A stretch of 64,000 nucleotides of DNA, from contig OZ252243.1 of assembly GCA_965249555.1 (NCBI GenBank), positions 1,344,001 through 1,408,000 of the forward strand, written 5' to 3'. The DNA is from Nitrosopumilus sp. (GTDB lineage: Archaea; Thermoproteota; Nitrososphaeria; Nitrososphaerales; Nitrosopumilaceae). Below the pieces are notes generated by a model that had not been told where the DNA came from, did not search any database, and saw only the letters and a program-made list of their open reading frames with translations. Positions 53,853 to 64,000 of this stretch are shown here, piece by piece (within the stretch, counting starts at the first letter, position 1; each line of letters begins with the position of its first letter). A program made the translations under genes and the position numbers.

Positions 53853-55429
53853 GTGTTAGTATACTTGCTAGGAATAACTCTAGTGTTAACCGCATTATCA
53901 CCTTTTATTTTTACAGAAGTTTTTGCGGATTCATTTGTTGTTGATTTTAATCAGCAACAATACCATGGAGGGGACTTATCATTTCAGGAAAAATTCTTGA
54001 TTTTGGAATGCCAGTTATTGCAATAAGCATCTATGATCCTGACGGAAAAATTTTATCTGCAAATAATTTAGAAATTTCACCTCAGAAAACCTTCTCTAAG
54101 ATCATCTTACTTGACTCTCCCTTTTATGAAAAAATTGGAGAATACATGGTAAAATTAGATTATGGTCAGATTTCTGAAAATCATTATTTTGTTATTGATT
54201 CTGAATATTCTGAATCTGAAATTTTAGTTGATGATTTTGAAAACACTGAAATTATTTTGCTTTATACTGACAAAGCACAATACACTGACAAAGATTTTAT
54301 CAAAATTACCGGTCTAGTTTCTGCATTGGATTCCCCTACAGTGTTAATGGGAGTTTATGATCCATTTGGAATGCCTGCAGGATTTTATTTTGGCTCAATT
54401 GATTCTAATTTGGAATTCTCTACAAGCTTTCTTGTAAAATCTGGAGTTAATTTTAGAGTCGATGGTACATATTCAATAAAAGCATATTATGCAGAAACAG
54501 AAGCAATGTCTTTTTTTGATTATTACAAAGATCCACAATCCGTAATTGAACACACTTGAAGAAATAACTAAAGTATCATCAGATGAAATTATTTCTGACA
54601 CTGACAATATCTCATCAGTTGAAAAAATAATTAACAAAGAAAAAAATGACATTAATTATAATTCTAATAATGAAAATTCAATTATCCAAAATGATATACA
54701 AGAAACTTCTACTGTGAACACACAAAATTCTGAAATTAAAAAAGCAAAATCAATTCAAGAAAAAAATACTTTAAAAAAAATTATGCCTAAAAATGAAATT
54801 AAAAAACAAACTAATCTTACTGTAGAAGATATAGAATTAGGTAAATTACTAAATCAAATTAATCTGAAATGTGATTCAAGTACTTTCACTGATACAATTT
54901 CATATTATGATGGAATGGGACCTGCTTTGTATCGACTATGTAAATTTGATAGTTCTTTGAATTTCTTTAATGACTCCTTAATTGACAATCCTAATGATGT
55001 AGAAATTCTTGTAAACAAAGGTTCCACTTTAGGGAAATTGGGATATTTTTCTGAGGCAATAATGTATTATGATCAAGTAATCAACATTGATCCTGATTTC
55101 CTCCCTGCTAAAAATAACAAGGCTAACGTTCTTGCAAATCTAGGGTATCATAATGAAGCTATTTCATTATACAATGAAATTCTATCACAAAACCCTCATT
55201 ACACTACTGCTAAAAAAAATCTTGAAATTGCATTGTCTGAAACTTGACAAATTCATAATGTAGATGATATGGTGGATGAATTTAACACTAAAAATATTGT
55301 TAAACAAAAATCCTCTTTACCTGAAAAAACTATTTTATTTGAATCAAAAAAACAAAAACCAACTAACTTTTTTGAAGAGGCAAGTCTTGTATTCTCTTCT
55401 TTAGTTTCTCTATTTGGTTTCTAAACTAG
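53853..55429 (+). pseudogene. disrupted secreted Ig-like/TPR protein gene
   Basis: A signal-peptide frame from GTG 53853 shifts at ~53975 into ORF 54008..54559. A second shift at ~54550 leads into TPR ORF 54546..55247. An in-frame TGA at 55245-55247 is followed by 58 more sense codons (to 55424). Confidence 0.7.
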
Positions 55430-55504
55430 ATTTCTGCTTTTAACTATATCAAATTTTTCAATAAACCTATAAAGCCCTGTTAAGACGATCGTCATAAGGA
55501 AAAC

Positions 55505-55825
55505 ATGAGTAAGATACTTGAAAAATCATTGAAAGATGCTCTCAAAGAGGATAAGTTAACGATGGGCACTAAACAAGTTTTGAACTCTGTAAAAAATTCC
55601 AAGCTACTTGTATTGTCTCAATCAGTAAAAAAAGAAATGTTTGAGAAAATTGAATCAGATGCAAAAAAAGAAAAAATACCATTAGTGAACTTTCAAGGAA
55701 CATCAGTCGCATTAGGTAGACTATGTGGCTTACAATTTAGAATTTCAACAATTTCATTTACATCAATAACTGATGCTAACATCAAATCAATTCTAAAAGA
55801 TACAGAAGCTGAGGAAAAAAAATGA
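55505..55825 (+). CDS. rpl30e: 50S ribosomal protein L30e
   Basis: MGTKQVL and FQGTSVALGRLCG; canonical position before nusA. Confidence 0.9.
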   Translation: MSKILEKSLKDALKEDKLTMGTKQVLNSVKNSKLLVLSQSVKKEMFEKIESDAKKEKIPLVNFQGTSVALGRLCGLQFRISTISFTSITDANIKSILKDTEAEEKK

Positions 55826-55892
55826 ATAGTTGTATTTTATTTCATGAAAGTTTAAATGAGACATTTTTTGTTGGAGATAAAAAGGCATTCTT

Positions 55893-56354
55893 ATGACACA
55901 AGCAATAAAACTATCAATTGATCAAATGCGTATGATGTCACTTTTCCAAAATGTTACAGGTGCAACTGCACGTGATTGTATTGAAGATGAAAAACAAGAT
56001 AGAGTAATTTTTGTAGTTAATACTGGTAAAATGGGTTTAGCAATTGGTAAAGGTGGCATGCATATCAAATCATTACAAAATATTCTTAAGAGAAATGTTG
56101 AATTGGTAGAATTTGATGAAGACCCATCAAAATTTTTGACTAATTTACTTAATTCAAAACTTGTCTCTGAAGTGAAAATAAACACACGACCAGATGGGTC
56201 AAAACAGGCAATTGTATTGGTAGACCCAAGAAAGAAAGGAATTGTTGTTGGAAGAGAAGGCAGGAATGCTGAGAAAGCACGTCTCCTTGCAAAACGATAC
56301 TTCAATATCACAAACGTACTAATTAACAGTCCAGAAAGAACATTGGAGATGTAA
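55893..56354 (+). CDS. nusA: archaeal NusA-like transcription factor
   Basis: KH motifs GLAIGKGG and IVVGREGRN. Confidence 0.95.
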   Translation: MTQAIKLSIDQMRMMSLFQNVTGATARDCIEDEKQDRVIFVVNTGKMGLAIGKGGMHIKSLQNILKRNVELVEFDEDPSKFLTNLLNSKLVSEVKINTRPDGSKQAIVLVDPRKKGIVVGREGRNAEKARLLAKRYFNITNVLINSPERTLEM

Positions 56355-56356
56355 GA

Positions 56357-56797
56357 ATGACAAGAAAATCACCCCTCGGATTATTTGCTGGTAGAGTTTT
56401 GAATTCTAAGAAAAAGAAACAGAGATGGGCAATCTCTACTTACAAGAGAAGAAAACTTGGTATTGATAAAAAATCTGATCCTCTTGGTGGTGCACCGCAA
56501 GGAAGAGGTATTGTTTTAGAAAAAGTAGGAATTGCTGCAAAACAACCTAACTCTGCTATACGAAAATGTGTTAGAGTTCAATTAATTAAAAACGGTAAGA
56601 CAGTTACGGCATTTTTGCCACGAGACGGTGCAATGAACTTCATTGATGAGCATGATGAGGTTCACATTCAAGGTATGGGTGCAACACAAGGTGGCGCAAT
56701 GGGAGATATTCCTGGTGTTAGATTCAAAGTTTTCAAAGTAAATGACACATCACTTCATGAATTAGTAATTGGTAAGAAAGAGAAACCAAGGAGATAG
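56357..56797 (+). CDS. rps12: 30S ribosomal protein S12 (uS12)
   Basis: [15 protein letters not shown] and [10 protein letters not shown]. Confidence 0.98.
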   Translation: MTRKSPLGLFAGRVLNSKKKKQRWAISTYKRRKLGIDKKSDPLGGAPQGRGIVLEKVGIAAKQPNSAIRKCVRVQLIKNGKTVTAFLPRDGAMNFIDEHDEVHIQGMGATQGGAMGDIPGVRFKVFKVNDTSLHELVIGKKEKPRR

Positions 56798-56799
56798 AC

Positions 56800-57399
56800 A
56801 TGGCAGAAACAAAGAATTTATTATTATTTAGAAAATGGGATTTGTCAAATATTGAGATTGTAGATCCTGGATTAAAGACTGCAATCTCACTTAGAAAACA
56901 AATTTTACCATACACTTATGGTCGTTCAGCACTCAAGCGATTCAATAAAGCTGATGTTAACATTGTTGAACGATTGATAAACAAGACAATGCACTTTGGA
57001 AAGAAATATGCAAAGAACACTGGAAGAATGACTGGAAAAAAGACCAAAGTTCTCAATACTGTAAAGACAGCATTTGATATTATTGCACTAAAAACTGGAC
57101 AAAATCCAGTTGAAGTTTTAGTTAGAGCAGTAGAATTTTCTGCCCCAAACGAAGACACAACTAGAATTGTTTATGGTGGTACTACATACCATGTATCAGT
57201 TGATGTTGCTCCAATTAGACGAGTTGATATGGCTTTGAAATTTATCGCCGATGCAGTCAAAGAGGCAACATTTTCCAACCCAAAACCAATTGAAGAACAT
57301 ATGGCAGAACAACTAATACTTGCAGCATCAAACGATTCTAACGCTCCTTCAGTCAAGAAGAAACATGAGCTAGAAAGAATCGCACAAGCATCAAGATAG
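56800..57399 (+). CDS. rps7: 30S ribosomal protein S7 (uS7)
   Basis: IVERLINK, NPVEVLVRA, VDVAPIRRVD and ELERIAQASR. Confidence 0.97.
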   Translation: MAETKNLLLFRKWDLSNIEIVDPGLKTAISLRKQILPYTYGRSALKRFNKADVNIVERLINKTMHFGKKYAKNTGRMTGKKTKVLNTVKTAFDIIALKTGQNPVEVLVRAVEFSAPNEDTTRIVYGGTTYHVSVDVAPIRRVDMALKFIADAVKEATFSNPKPIEEHMAEQLILAASNDSNAPSVKKKHELERIAQASR

Positions 57400-57411
57400 A
57401 AATTTTTCCAG

Positions 57412-57499
57412 TAGCCCGAGGCAGATTCGAACTGCCGTCTCCGCCTATCCACTCTTGAGATCCAGAGGGCAGAATCCTTGACCGCTAGACTATCGGGCT
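57412..57499 (-). tRNA. tRNA-Gln (CTG) with a 15-nt intron at the canonical 37/38 position (57447..57461)
   Basis: Reverse complement AGCCCGA-TAGTCTAGCGGTCAAGGATT-CTGCC-CT-CTG-G[ATCTCAAGAGTGGAT]A-GGCGG-AGAC-GGCAGTTCGAATCTGCC-TCGGGCT-A. The A1-U72 pair is typical of archaeal tRNA-Gln. Confidence 0.9.
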
Positions 57500-57544
57500 A
57501 CTTGAAGAAATTTTGATGTTTTAGAATATATTCATTTATCGTAA

Positions 57545-57874
57545 TTATTTTTGTCTGACTTCATGAATTACTGTTGCATAATCACATTTGGCTTTTAGTC
57601 TCATGTATGGAATTAATCTATAATGAATCGAATAACTGTTATTTTCTTTACGCAAAATTCCTTTTAGTACCAAAGAAACCAATCCTCTTGATGGAACTGT
57701 AATTGAGACATTTTTTTGTTTGCAGATTTCATCACGTTTGTTTTGAAATTGTTTTAATGAAAATTCAATCTCATTAATTTCTAAAATTAAAGGCCAAACA
57801 ATTTCAGCCCAGACAAATCTCCTGTTTTCTGTGGCTGAAGCATACTTTCCTTTTTCACTCAACATTAATAACAT
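57545..57874 (-). CDS. hypothetical protein, possible winged helix
   Basis: SRGLVSLVLKGILRKENNSYSIH resembles a wHTH recognition helix and wing. Confidence 0.65.
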   Translation of the reverse strand: MLLMLSEKGKYASATENRRFVWAEIVWPLILEINEIEFSLKQFQNKRDEICKQKNVSITVPSRGLVSLVLKGILRKENNSYSIHYRLIPYMRLKAKCDYATVIHEVRQK

Positions 57875-57900
57875 CTGGAAAAGATGTTATAACTTGATAG

Positions 57901-58605
57901 TTGTCTCAAAAAGAAATTGAAGAATCATTAAATCTGTTAGAAAAAGATTGGGACATTGACCCAATTCTACGAGAATTTACGCTAGGAAAAATCACTGATG
58001 TGTCTGATTATCCAATAAAAGTAAAAGATGTAATTTTTCATATACCATACCTTAATTCAAAAAAAAAGTACATTTTATGGAAATGCTATTGGCCTGACTG
58101 TCACAACTGTTGTGATAGACAAGGAAGACTTCCATTAACCTCTGATGATCTAATTACGATTGGAAAAGGTTTGAAATATCAAAAGCCTTCAGAGTTTGTA
58201 AAAAATGAAACACTTACTGTAACCTATCAGGAACCGGGACCATCAGGGCAAATGACTACAATGACTACAATCAATCTAAAAAGAAAAAAAGATGAGACAG
58301 CAGCTGATGATGGAACACACATCTCATGTAGATTCTTAGATAATGAAGGGGGTTGTAGCATGCATCCTGATAGACCAGGAGTGTGCTATCTTTATCCATT
58401 TAGTACATGGCTTGAAAATGAAAAAGGAATGGCGCGTGTACATGCAACATATCAGTTTACTGGTGATTGTCCTGGATTTTACTTGGCAGATAATTTGGAC
58501 CCAATGAAAGATGAATTCAAAGAATATTCAAAAATTATTTACGATTACAATATGGCATCAAATCGTACTAATAGGGAAGGGTTTGGTTCAGTTAGTTTCA
58601 GTTAG
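57901..58605 (+). CDS. YkgJ family cysteine-cluster (Zn/Fe-S) protein
   Basis: CYWPDCHNCC, CRFL, CSMHPDRPGVCYLYPF and CPGF. Confidence 0.88.
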   Translation: MSQKEIEESLNLLEKDWDIDPILREFTLGKITDVSDYPIKVKDVIFHIPYLNSKKKYILWKCYWPDCHNCCDRQGRLPLTSDDLITIGKGLKYQKPSEFVKNETLTVTYQEPGPSGQMTTMTTINLKRKKDETAADDGTHISCRFLDNEGGCSMHPDRPGVCYLYPFSTWLENEKGMARVHATYQFTGDCPGFYLADNLDPMKDEFKEYSKIIYDYNMASNRTNREGFGSVSFS

Positions 58606-59615
58606 GCTTTAGCGACTTTCATCAAATTACTAATCTTAATATCCATTCCAAATCTTTTTTCATGCTTTTTCATGTATAGAAATATTGCAATAAAGTCAGG
58701 TAATGCCTTGAAGAAATTAAAGTTCTTGTGGATTTTTTTTCTAACAAAATTAAAGACCTTAGCATATACCTTGAAGTGTTTATCAACTGCCTTTTCATAT
58801 GCTGCAAAGTCATGCATGTTATCCAAGAAAATATCAACACATTGCATAGATGGAATGATTCCCTCACCTAACATTGCAAAAACTGTTCCAATTGATTCGC
58901 CAACACCAACTACTTTTCCTGAATAGAATGGTTTGCATCTATCCGGTGTGGCTAATCTGATTGGACGTCCTTTAGTTTTGAGTACCTTACCTCCATATTT
59001 TTTCAAGAATTCGTCAGTTGCTTTGATGTGATTTTTGTTATAATCTCCAGCACCAATATGTGCCCATTTTTCCCCTAATGGAAAGTACCAAAAGTATCCG
59101 GACATTCCTGGAAATGGCTCCAAGTAAAAGTCATCAAATGGTACGCCATTTTCATATTCCACTTTGTATTCATATGTTGGCAAAAAGAAATCTTCTTTTA
59201 GTTTTGGTAGATAAATTCTATGAAATCCTGTACAATCAACTATCATGTCATATTCTTTTTCCAACTCTTCAAGCTTTGGTGCTGTTCCATACAGTACCTT
59301 TGAATCTTTGATAAAATCTTTGATTAATGCTAATTTGTCATACGTACATAATCCATGCAGTCCGATATCAAATCTTACACCATTACCCATCTTGACTTTC
59401 ATTTTTTTGCCATCATGAATCATAAAGTCACCAAAATCTCTGCCAGTCTTTTCGCAGAACTTGTCAAGCTCTGACTTTATCGTACCCCAAGCGCAGATAG
59501 AGTCATGTCTTTCCTCTACCATTCTTTCATACCCTACTACTTCATGTTCAGAATTGTGTAGTCTGGCCATTAGATAAGAGCCTGCTACACCCATACCCAT
59601 TACTGCTATCTTCAA
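58602..59615 (-). CDS. FAD-dependent oxidoreductase, geranylgeranyl reductase-like
   Basis: GMGVAG Rossmann motif, CAWG, GYFWYFP, and VGESIG...GEGI. Confidence 0.8.
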   Translation of the reverse strand: MKIAVMGMGVAGSYLMARLHNSEHEVVGYERMVEERHDSICAWGTIKSELDKFCEKTGRDFGDFMIHDGKKMKVKMGNGVRFDIGLHGLCTYDKLALIKDFIKDSKVLYGTAPKLEELEKEYDMIVDCTGFHRIYLPKLKEDFFLPTYEYKVEYENGVPFDDFYLEPFPGMSGYFWYFPLGEKWAHIGAGDYNKNHIKATDEFLKKYGGKVLKTKGRPIRLATPDRCKPFYSGKVVGVGESIGTVFAMLGEGIIPSMQCVDIFLDNMHDFAAYEKAVDKHFKVYAKVFNFVRKKIHKNFNFFKALPDFIAIFLYMKKHEKRFGMDIKISNLMKVAKA

Positions 59616-59746
59616 GATATTTTGCGATTAATTCATGCCTAAATATACTATCTGAAAATATTTTTGATGCTAGTTTCTAATTTTGTCAGAATCTTGTAAC
59701 ATTATAATATTAATTTCACTTAATATCTGCCAATCAAATTTACTTT

Positions 59747-59964
59747 ATGGGCATATAGGCAATGCAATTACGAAGCTAGAGACATCTAACCAAGGATTAA
59801 AAGTAATTCTAGAAAATCTAGATGAGTAACTTGCAGATATACGATCAAATCCAAGACTTGAAGGACTAGTTGATGATTTGGAGAATCTGTTTTTTGCCTA
59901 TCTTAAAACTTGGATAAAATCTAACACTAAAGTAATTGACATCTTGAAAAAAGAGAAAAAATAA
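59747..59964 (+). pseudogene. small decayed helical-protein gene
   Basis: Frame GHIGNAITKLETSNQGLKVILENLDE*LADIRSNPRLEGLVDDLENLFFAYLKTWIKSNTKVIDILKKEKK* has an in-frame TAA at 59827. The ATG at 59747 is out of frame by one base. Confidence 0.5.
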
Positions 59965-62826
59965 CTATTCAATTAGTATTGCAGGCTTGAATGGCCTTGC
60001 ATGTCTAGCTTTGCCTTTTGGATCATAGATATTTTCATCGTCTTCAGCAAAAACAGAGATCTCAACACCAAAGTCTTGCTTTGCAATTGAGATCAACTCT
60101 TCAAAAATAAACTGTTTTTCATCAAATTCCTTAACTTCTAGTTTTGTCTTTCTAATTTCAGTTGGTTCAGATAAAATATCTTTGATAGTCTTTTGAACAA
60201 AGTCAGGATTTTTCTTAATGTTAGCTGTTTCAGGATTTGCAATTAGTTCTTTCATTATTACTCCCATGTTGGTCTGCTCTGCCATCACTTTTTCTAAAAT
60301 AGAGTGATAAGCTTTTGACTTGAATGAATCAGCTGTATAGATAGTAATCTTCTTTGGAGTGATCTTTGTAACTTTGAGAATATTTACAATATCATTAATA
60401 ATTGACTTTAACAAGTTTTCAGCTTGGATAGCTTTAGCATCTATTACACCAGTATTTACTACAGGCCATCTCGACTTTGATACCATCTCTGAATTTCCAA
60501 GCTTCTCCCACATCTCTTCAGATATGTGTGGTGCAAATGGTGATAGCATTGCTACTCTGATACTGTGAATTTGATGGAGTATTCCATCATAATTATTACG
60601 TCCTTTAGCTTTGGCTCGTTTGAGATACCATGACAAGTCGCCTTCAAATGCAAATAATATTTCATGTAGTGCCTCTCGTAATCTCATCTTCTCAACTGAT
60701 CCTGTAACATTTGCAATCAGATTCTGTAATCTACTTGCAATCCATTTGTCTTCAGCCTCAGTATTACTAATTGAGCCTGATTTTAGACTAGAGCATTCCT
60801 CAAGAATTGATTCAAGCTTATTCTTGATTCCGCCAACTGATTCTAAATTAAAGTCAGCGTCCTGTAACAGCTCAGCTGATATGATAATTGCCAATCTAAT
60901 TGGATCTGCTCCATAATCTTGTATTGCTTGTCGCAATGGAATGATATTTCCCATTGATTTGGACATCTTTTTACCATCCATCAATACAGAACCATTAACA
61001 ACAATTTGTTGTGGCCAATTATCTTCTGGAAATATAGCAACATGATTAAAAACAAAAAATGTCAAGTGATTTGGAACTAAATCTCTACCCGAATGTCTTG
61101 AATCAACTGGATAAAAGTATGCAAACTCTTTTCTAATCTTTTCTACTGTGCTAGCTTCAATACCTGATACTTTATCAGCTGAACCCTCACCTAAAAATAT
61201 ATAGTCAAAGAATTCCTTTGATAGATTCTCAGCTTGAATAGTTCCATCGTTGACAAATCGAGCTATTGTATAGTATGACATGTAAATTACAGAATCAGAT
61301 AAACTCTCTACAATCCAATCCTTATCCCAGGGTAGTTTTGTACCCAAACCATGTTGTCTTGCACAAGCTCTCTCTCTTAACCATCCAATTACATAATGAA
61401 ATTCACTTACAATTTCATTTGGTAAAATATTCATTGAATCAAAGCACTGTGTAACTTTTGCCTTCCAATCTTTATCCCCATAATTGAGAAACCATTGGTT
61501 TGACAAAATTTTAACAACACATTCAGTTCCACAACGACACTTTACAGGAGTATTTGTCAACTCTAATAAAATATCTGAATACTTGTTCTTCTCTAACCAA
61601 TCTTTGATTGTATCTTTAACTTCGGATACTTTCTTACCTGCAAACTGCTCACAGTTTTCTTTGAGAACTCCACCATAGAATTCTTTACCATAAATCTCAG
61701 TTGTAACTTCTTCAAGTTTGGGGTCATCCTGATTCTTTATGTCAAATTTCTCACAGGCCTCTTTTGCTGAAAATTCTCCATATTCTTCTGTAGATATGAT
61801 TGAGATAGGTTTGATTAGTTGATATTCTGAGCCTAGAGGCTGGTCTTTCTTGAAATCAACTAGAGCCTGATAGTCAAATGGAGCATGAGCTGGTACTGAC
61901 ATTACAAGACCAGTTCCCGTAGATGATTCAACAAAGCTAGCTTGAATCATTGGAATTGATTTATTGAGATGTGGGATGATGACATTTTGTCCAACTAACT
62001 CAGAGCCAGCAATTTCACCATCATATGTAATCTTTTTATCCAAAAATTCTAACTTGTGTGCACACTCACTAGATACAATCCATTTTTCATCATCTACGGT
62101 AATTTTTTTATACATTACTCCCGGATTGACCCAAAGATTTGTCACACCAAAGATAGTTTCTGGACGTAGTGTTGCAGTTGGTATGATAAAATCTCCAAAC
62201 TTGAACTTAATCAAAATATATTCAGTGAAGTCTGGTTCAACATCACCCATTGTATCGTGTTGTGATACAGGATTTTGATCACGTGGACACCATCCAACAG
62301 GATGATTCCCTTGTATGATCAAGTTTTTCTCTTTCAAAATATTAATCTGCCATTCAATAAATTTCTGATAAGCTGGAACTATAGTAGTAAACTCCCGTCT
62401 CCAATCAATGGAATAACCCATCTCTATCATTCCAGCTTTGATCTCTTCATGAAAATAGTCTGCAATCTTTATTGGTTCAACAAAAGTTTTGATAGCATCT
62501 TCTGGAACATGATAGATGTTACGTAGTCCATTCAGTATCTCCTTGTCTTCAGACTCTACTCTTCGGGCCATGCCAAGTATTGGTGTTCCAGTATAATGGA
62601 AACCCATTGGGAACAAGACATTGTATCCTTTCATTCGATAAAATCTTGCATGAATGTCAGCTATGGTGTAAGTTCTTCCATGTCCGATGTGTTGAGGTGA
62701 GTTTGGATACGGATATGCTACTGTGATGAATTTTTTTGGTTTCTCATTTGGATTTGTCTCAAAGTCATGGTTTGCATTCCACTTATCCCTCCACTTTGAT
62801 TCAATCTCATTCCAGTTTACGTTCAT
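59965..62826 (-). CDS. leuS: leucine--tRNA ligase
   Basis: HIGH motif (PQHIGH), KMSKS, TLRPET, and the archaeal-type C-terminus ARPFKPAILIE. Confidence 0.97.
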   Translation of the reverse strand: MNVNWNEIESKWRDKWNANHDFETNPNEKPKKFITVAYPYPNSPQHIGHGRTYTIADIHARFYRMKGYNVLFPMGFHYTGTPILGMARRVESEDKEILNGLRNIYHVPEDAIKTFVEPIKIADYFHEEIKAGMIEMGYSIDWRREFTTIVPAYQKFIEWQINILKEKNLIIQGNHPVGWCPRDQNPVSQHDTMGDVEPDFTEYILIKFKFGDFIIPTATLRPETIFGVTNLWVNPGVMYKKITVDDEKWIVSSECAHKLEFLDKKITYDGEIAGSELVGQNVIIPHLNKSIPMIQASFVESSTGTGLVMSVPAHAPFDYQALVDFKKDQPLGSEYQLIKPISIISTEEYGEFSAKEACEKFDIKNQDDPKLEEVTTEIYGKEFYGGVLKENCEQFAGKKVSEVKDTIKDWLEKNKYSDILLELTNTPVKCRCGTECVVKILSNQWFLNYGDKDWKAKVTQCFDSMNILPNEIVSEFHYVIGWLRERACARQHGLGTKLPWDKDWIVESLSDSVIYMSYYTIARFVNDGTIQAENLSKEFFDYIFLGEGSADKVSGIEASTVEKIRKEFAYFYPVDSRHSGRDLVPNHLTFFVFNHVAIFPEDNWPQQIVVNGSVLMDGKKMSKSMGNIIPLRQAIQDYGADPIRLAIIISAELLQDADFNLESVGGIKNKLESILEECSSLKSGSISNTEAEDKWIASRLQNLIANVTGSVEKMRLREALHEILFAFEGDLSWYLKRAKAKGRNNYDGILHQIHSIRVAMLSPFAPHISEEMWEKLGNSEMVSKSRWPVVNTGVIDAKAIQAENLLKSIINDIVNILKVTKITPKKITIYTADSFKSKAYHSILEKVMAEQTNMGVIMKELIANPETANIKKNPDFVQKTIKDILSEPTEIRKTKLEVKEFDEKQFIFEELISIAKQDFGVEISVFAEDDENIYDPKGKARHARPFKPAILIE

Positions 62827-62830
62827 TATA

Positions 62831-64000
62831 TCATCCTAAAATCATTGATTTTGCTTTGGCTATTGCCTCGCCTTTTTTAGATGTGTCTTTTCCTCCTCCT
62901 TGAGCGAATTTGGCATCTCCACCACTTGCTCCGCCAAGGATTTCAGCCACAGATTTGGCAATTTCTCCAGCATTTTTGCTATTTATTATCTCATCTCCGC
63001 AATATGCCATTATTCGAATAGTTGGGCCTGATTCAAAGATTCCAACATAAATTGAATTTGGATTATTCTTGACTAGCTTTTTACCAAAGTTTGTGTGGAA
63101 GAATTCATCATATTGTGGACTAGCTGTAAAACATATCTTCCTAGAATTCTGTATAGTCATTTCAATTTCATCAATTGTTGTTGTATCACTCAGAGATGCA
63201 ACTTGTTCTAATAGTATGGGAATTTTTTCTCTAGCCTTTTCTTTTCCTTCTCCTCTTTGTTTATATATAATCTCTTTTTGAGCTGATTCTTCAGCTTGCT
63301 TTGATTGTTTAACTTTTTGCTGTTCAACATATTGTTGTGCAGTTGATCCTGAAACAAATTCAATCCTTACTACTCCATCTTGAATTCGTTTTGTTCTAGT
63401 AATCTTGATTAGTTCTATCTCTTTTGTCTTTTTGACATGAGTTCCACCACATGCTTCAACATCAAAGTCTTCGATGGATACAATTCTAACTGATTTGACA
63501 GGAACTACTCCGCCCTGGTAAATCTTAAATCCATATTTCTGCTCTGCAGTTCCTCTATCAAAATAATCAATGGTTACTGACATATCTTTTGTAACTATGT
63601 CATTTGCAGCTCTCTCAATATCTTGTACTTGTTGTTCTGTAAGGGATGAATGATGTGTGATATCTAGTCTAGCATGATCATCATCTTTGAATGCAGAATG
63701 CTGCCAAACCCATGAACCTAACACTCCTCTAGCTGATGAATTTAGAATGTGTGTACTGGTATGGTTTTTTGTAATGTTTGATCTACGAGTTTCATCAACT
63801 ATGCATGATACTGTTTCTCCTTCTTTTGGAATCTCTCCATCTATCTTGTGCAAAATCACATCGCCGTGTTTATTCACATCAACTACTTTTGAGCCTGAAA
63901 TAGTTCCATAATCTGGTTCTTGCCCTCCTCCTCTTGCATAAAATGATGTTCTATCAAGTACTATCAAATTATCAATTACTCTGAGAACTTTGGCATCAAA
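62831..64000 (-). CDS. alaS: alanine--tRNA ligase, C-terminal part (5' end outside window)
   Basis: FYARGGGQ, NHTSTH, ARLDITH, EACGGTH, IQDGVVRIEF and GGASGG..FAQGGG. The frame is open to the window edge. Confidence 0.95.
   Translation of the reverse strand, partial: FDAKVLRVIDNLIVLDRTSFYARGGGQEPDYGTISGSKVVDVNKHGDVILHKIDGEIPKEGETVSCIVDETRRSNITKNHTSTHILNSSARGVLGSWVWQHSAFKDDDHARLDITHHSSLTEQQVQDIERAANDIVTKDMSVTIDYFDRGTAEQKYGFKIYQGGVVPVKSVRIVSIEDFDVEACGGTHVKKTKEIELIKITRTKRIQDGVVRIEFVSGSTAQQYVEQQKVKQSKQAEESAQKEIIYKQRGEGKEKAREKIPILLEQVASLSDTTTIDEIEMTIQNSRKICFTASPQYDEFFHTNFGKKLVKNNPNSIYVGIFESGPTIRIMAYCGDEIINSKNAGEIAKSVAEILGGASGGDAKFAQGGGKDTSKKGEAIAKAKSMILG

Noticed and set aside
8132-63911. Numerous 60-150 aa ORFs antisense to or nested in well-identified genes (e.g. 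8825..9172, 22870..23277, 34021..34473, 43980..44426, 55922..56311, 61964..62278)
   Set aside because: These are shadow ORFs from codon bias of the real genes, with no motifs or independent expression signals.

Overview
This is an AT-rich archaeal chromosome segment from an ammonia-oxidising thaumarchaeote (Nitrosopumilus-like). The assignment rests on the unsplit Rpo1 (A'+A''), four PEFG-CTERM surface proteins, an archaeal histone, Topo VI, S30e and a cupredoxin. Most of the window is core housekeeping: RNAP and the S12/S7 operon, tRNA/rRNA modification, purine/pyrimidine genes, larC-larE-iscS, leuS, alaS, tRNA-Cys, and an intron-containing tRNA-Gln. Small accessory patches lie at about 1.1-2.2 kb (IS110 transposase stub with a structured leader, possible RelE-like toxin-antitoxin pair) and 36.8-37.9 kb. 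Two decayed genes lie at 53.9-55.4 kb and 59.7-60.0 kb. The best second-look items are: a TFE-beta/Rpc34 homolog with a perfect histone-H1-like repeat tail; a ubiquitin-like/Cgi121 fusion beside THUMP and Sua5; a 108-aa insertion in Top6B resembling a dead tyrosine-recombinase subdomain; the IS110 leader; the PEFG-CTERM array with homogenised junctions; and a probable GDGT ring-synthase radical SAM enzyme. No CRISPR array, rRNA or intact mobile element was seen. All calls come from motif recognition by eye with no database searches, so novelty is unverified.
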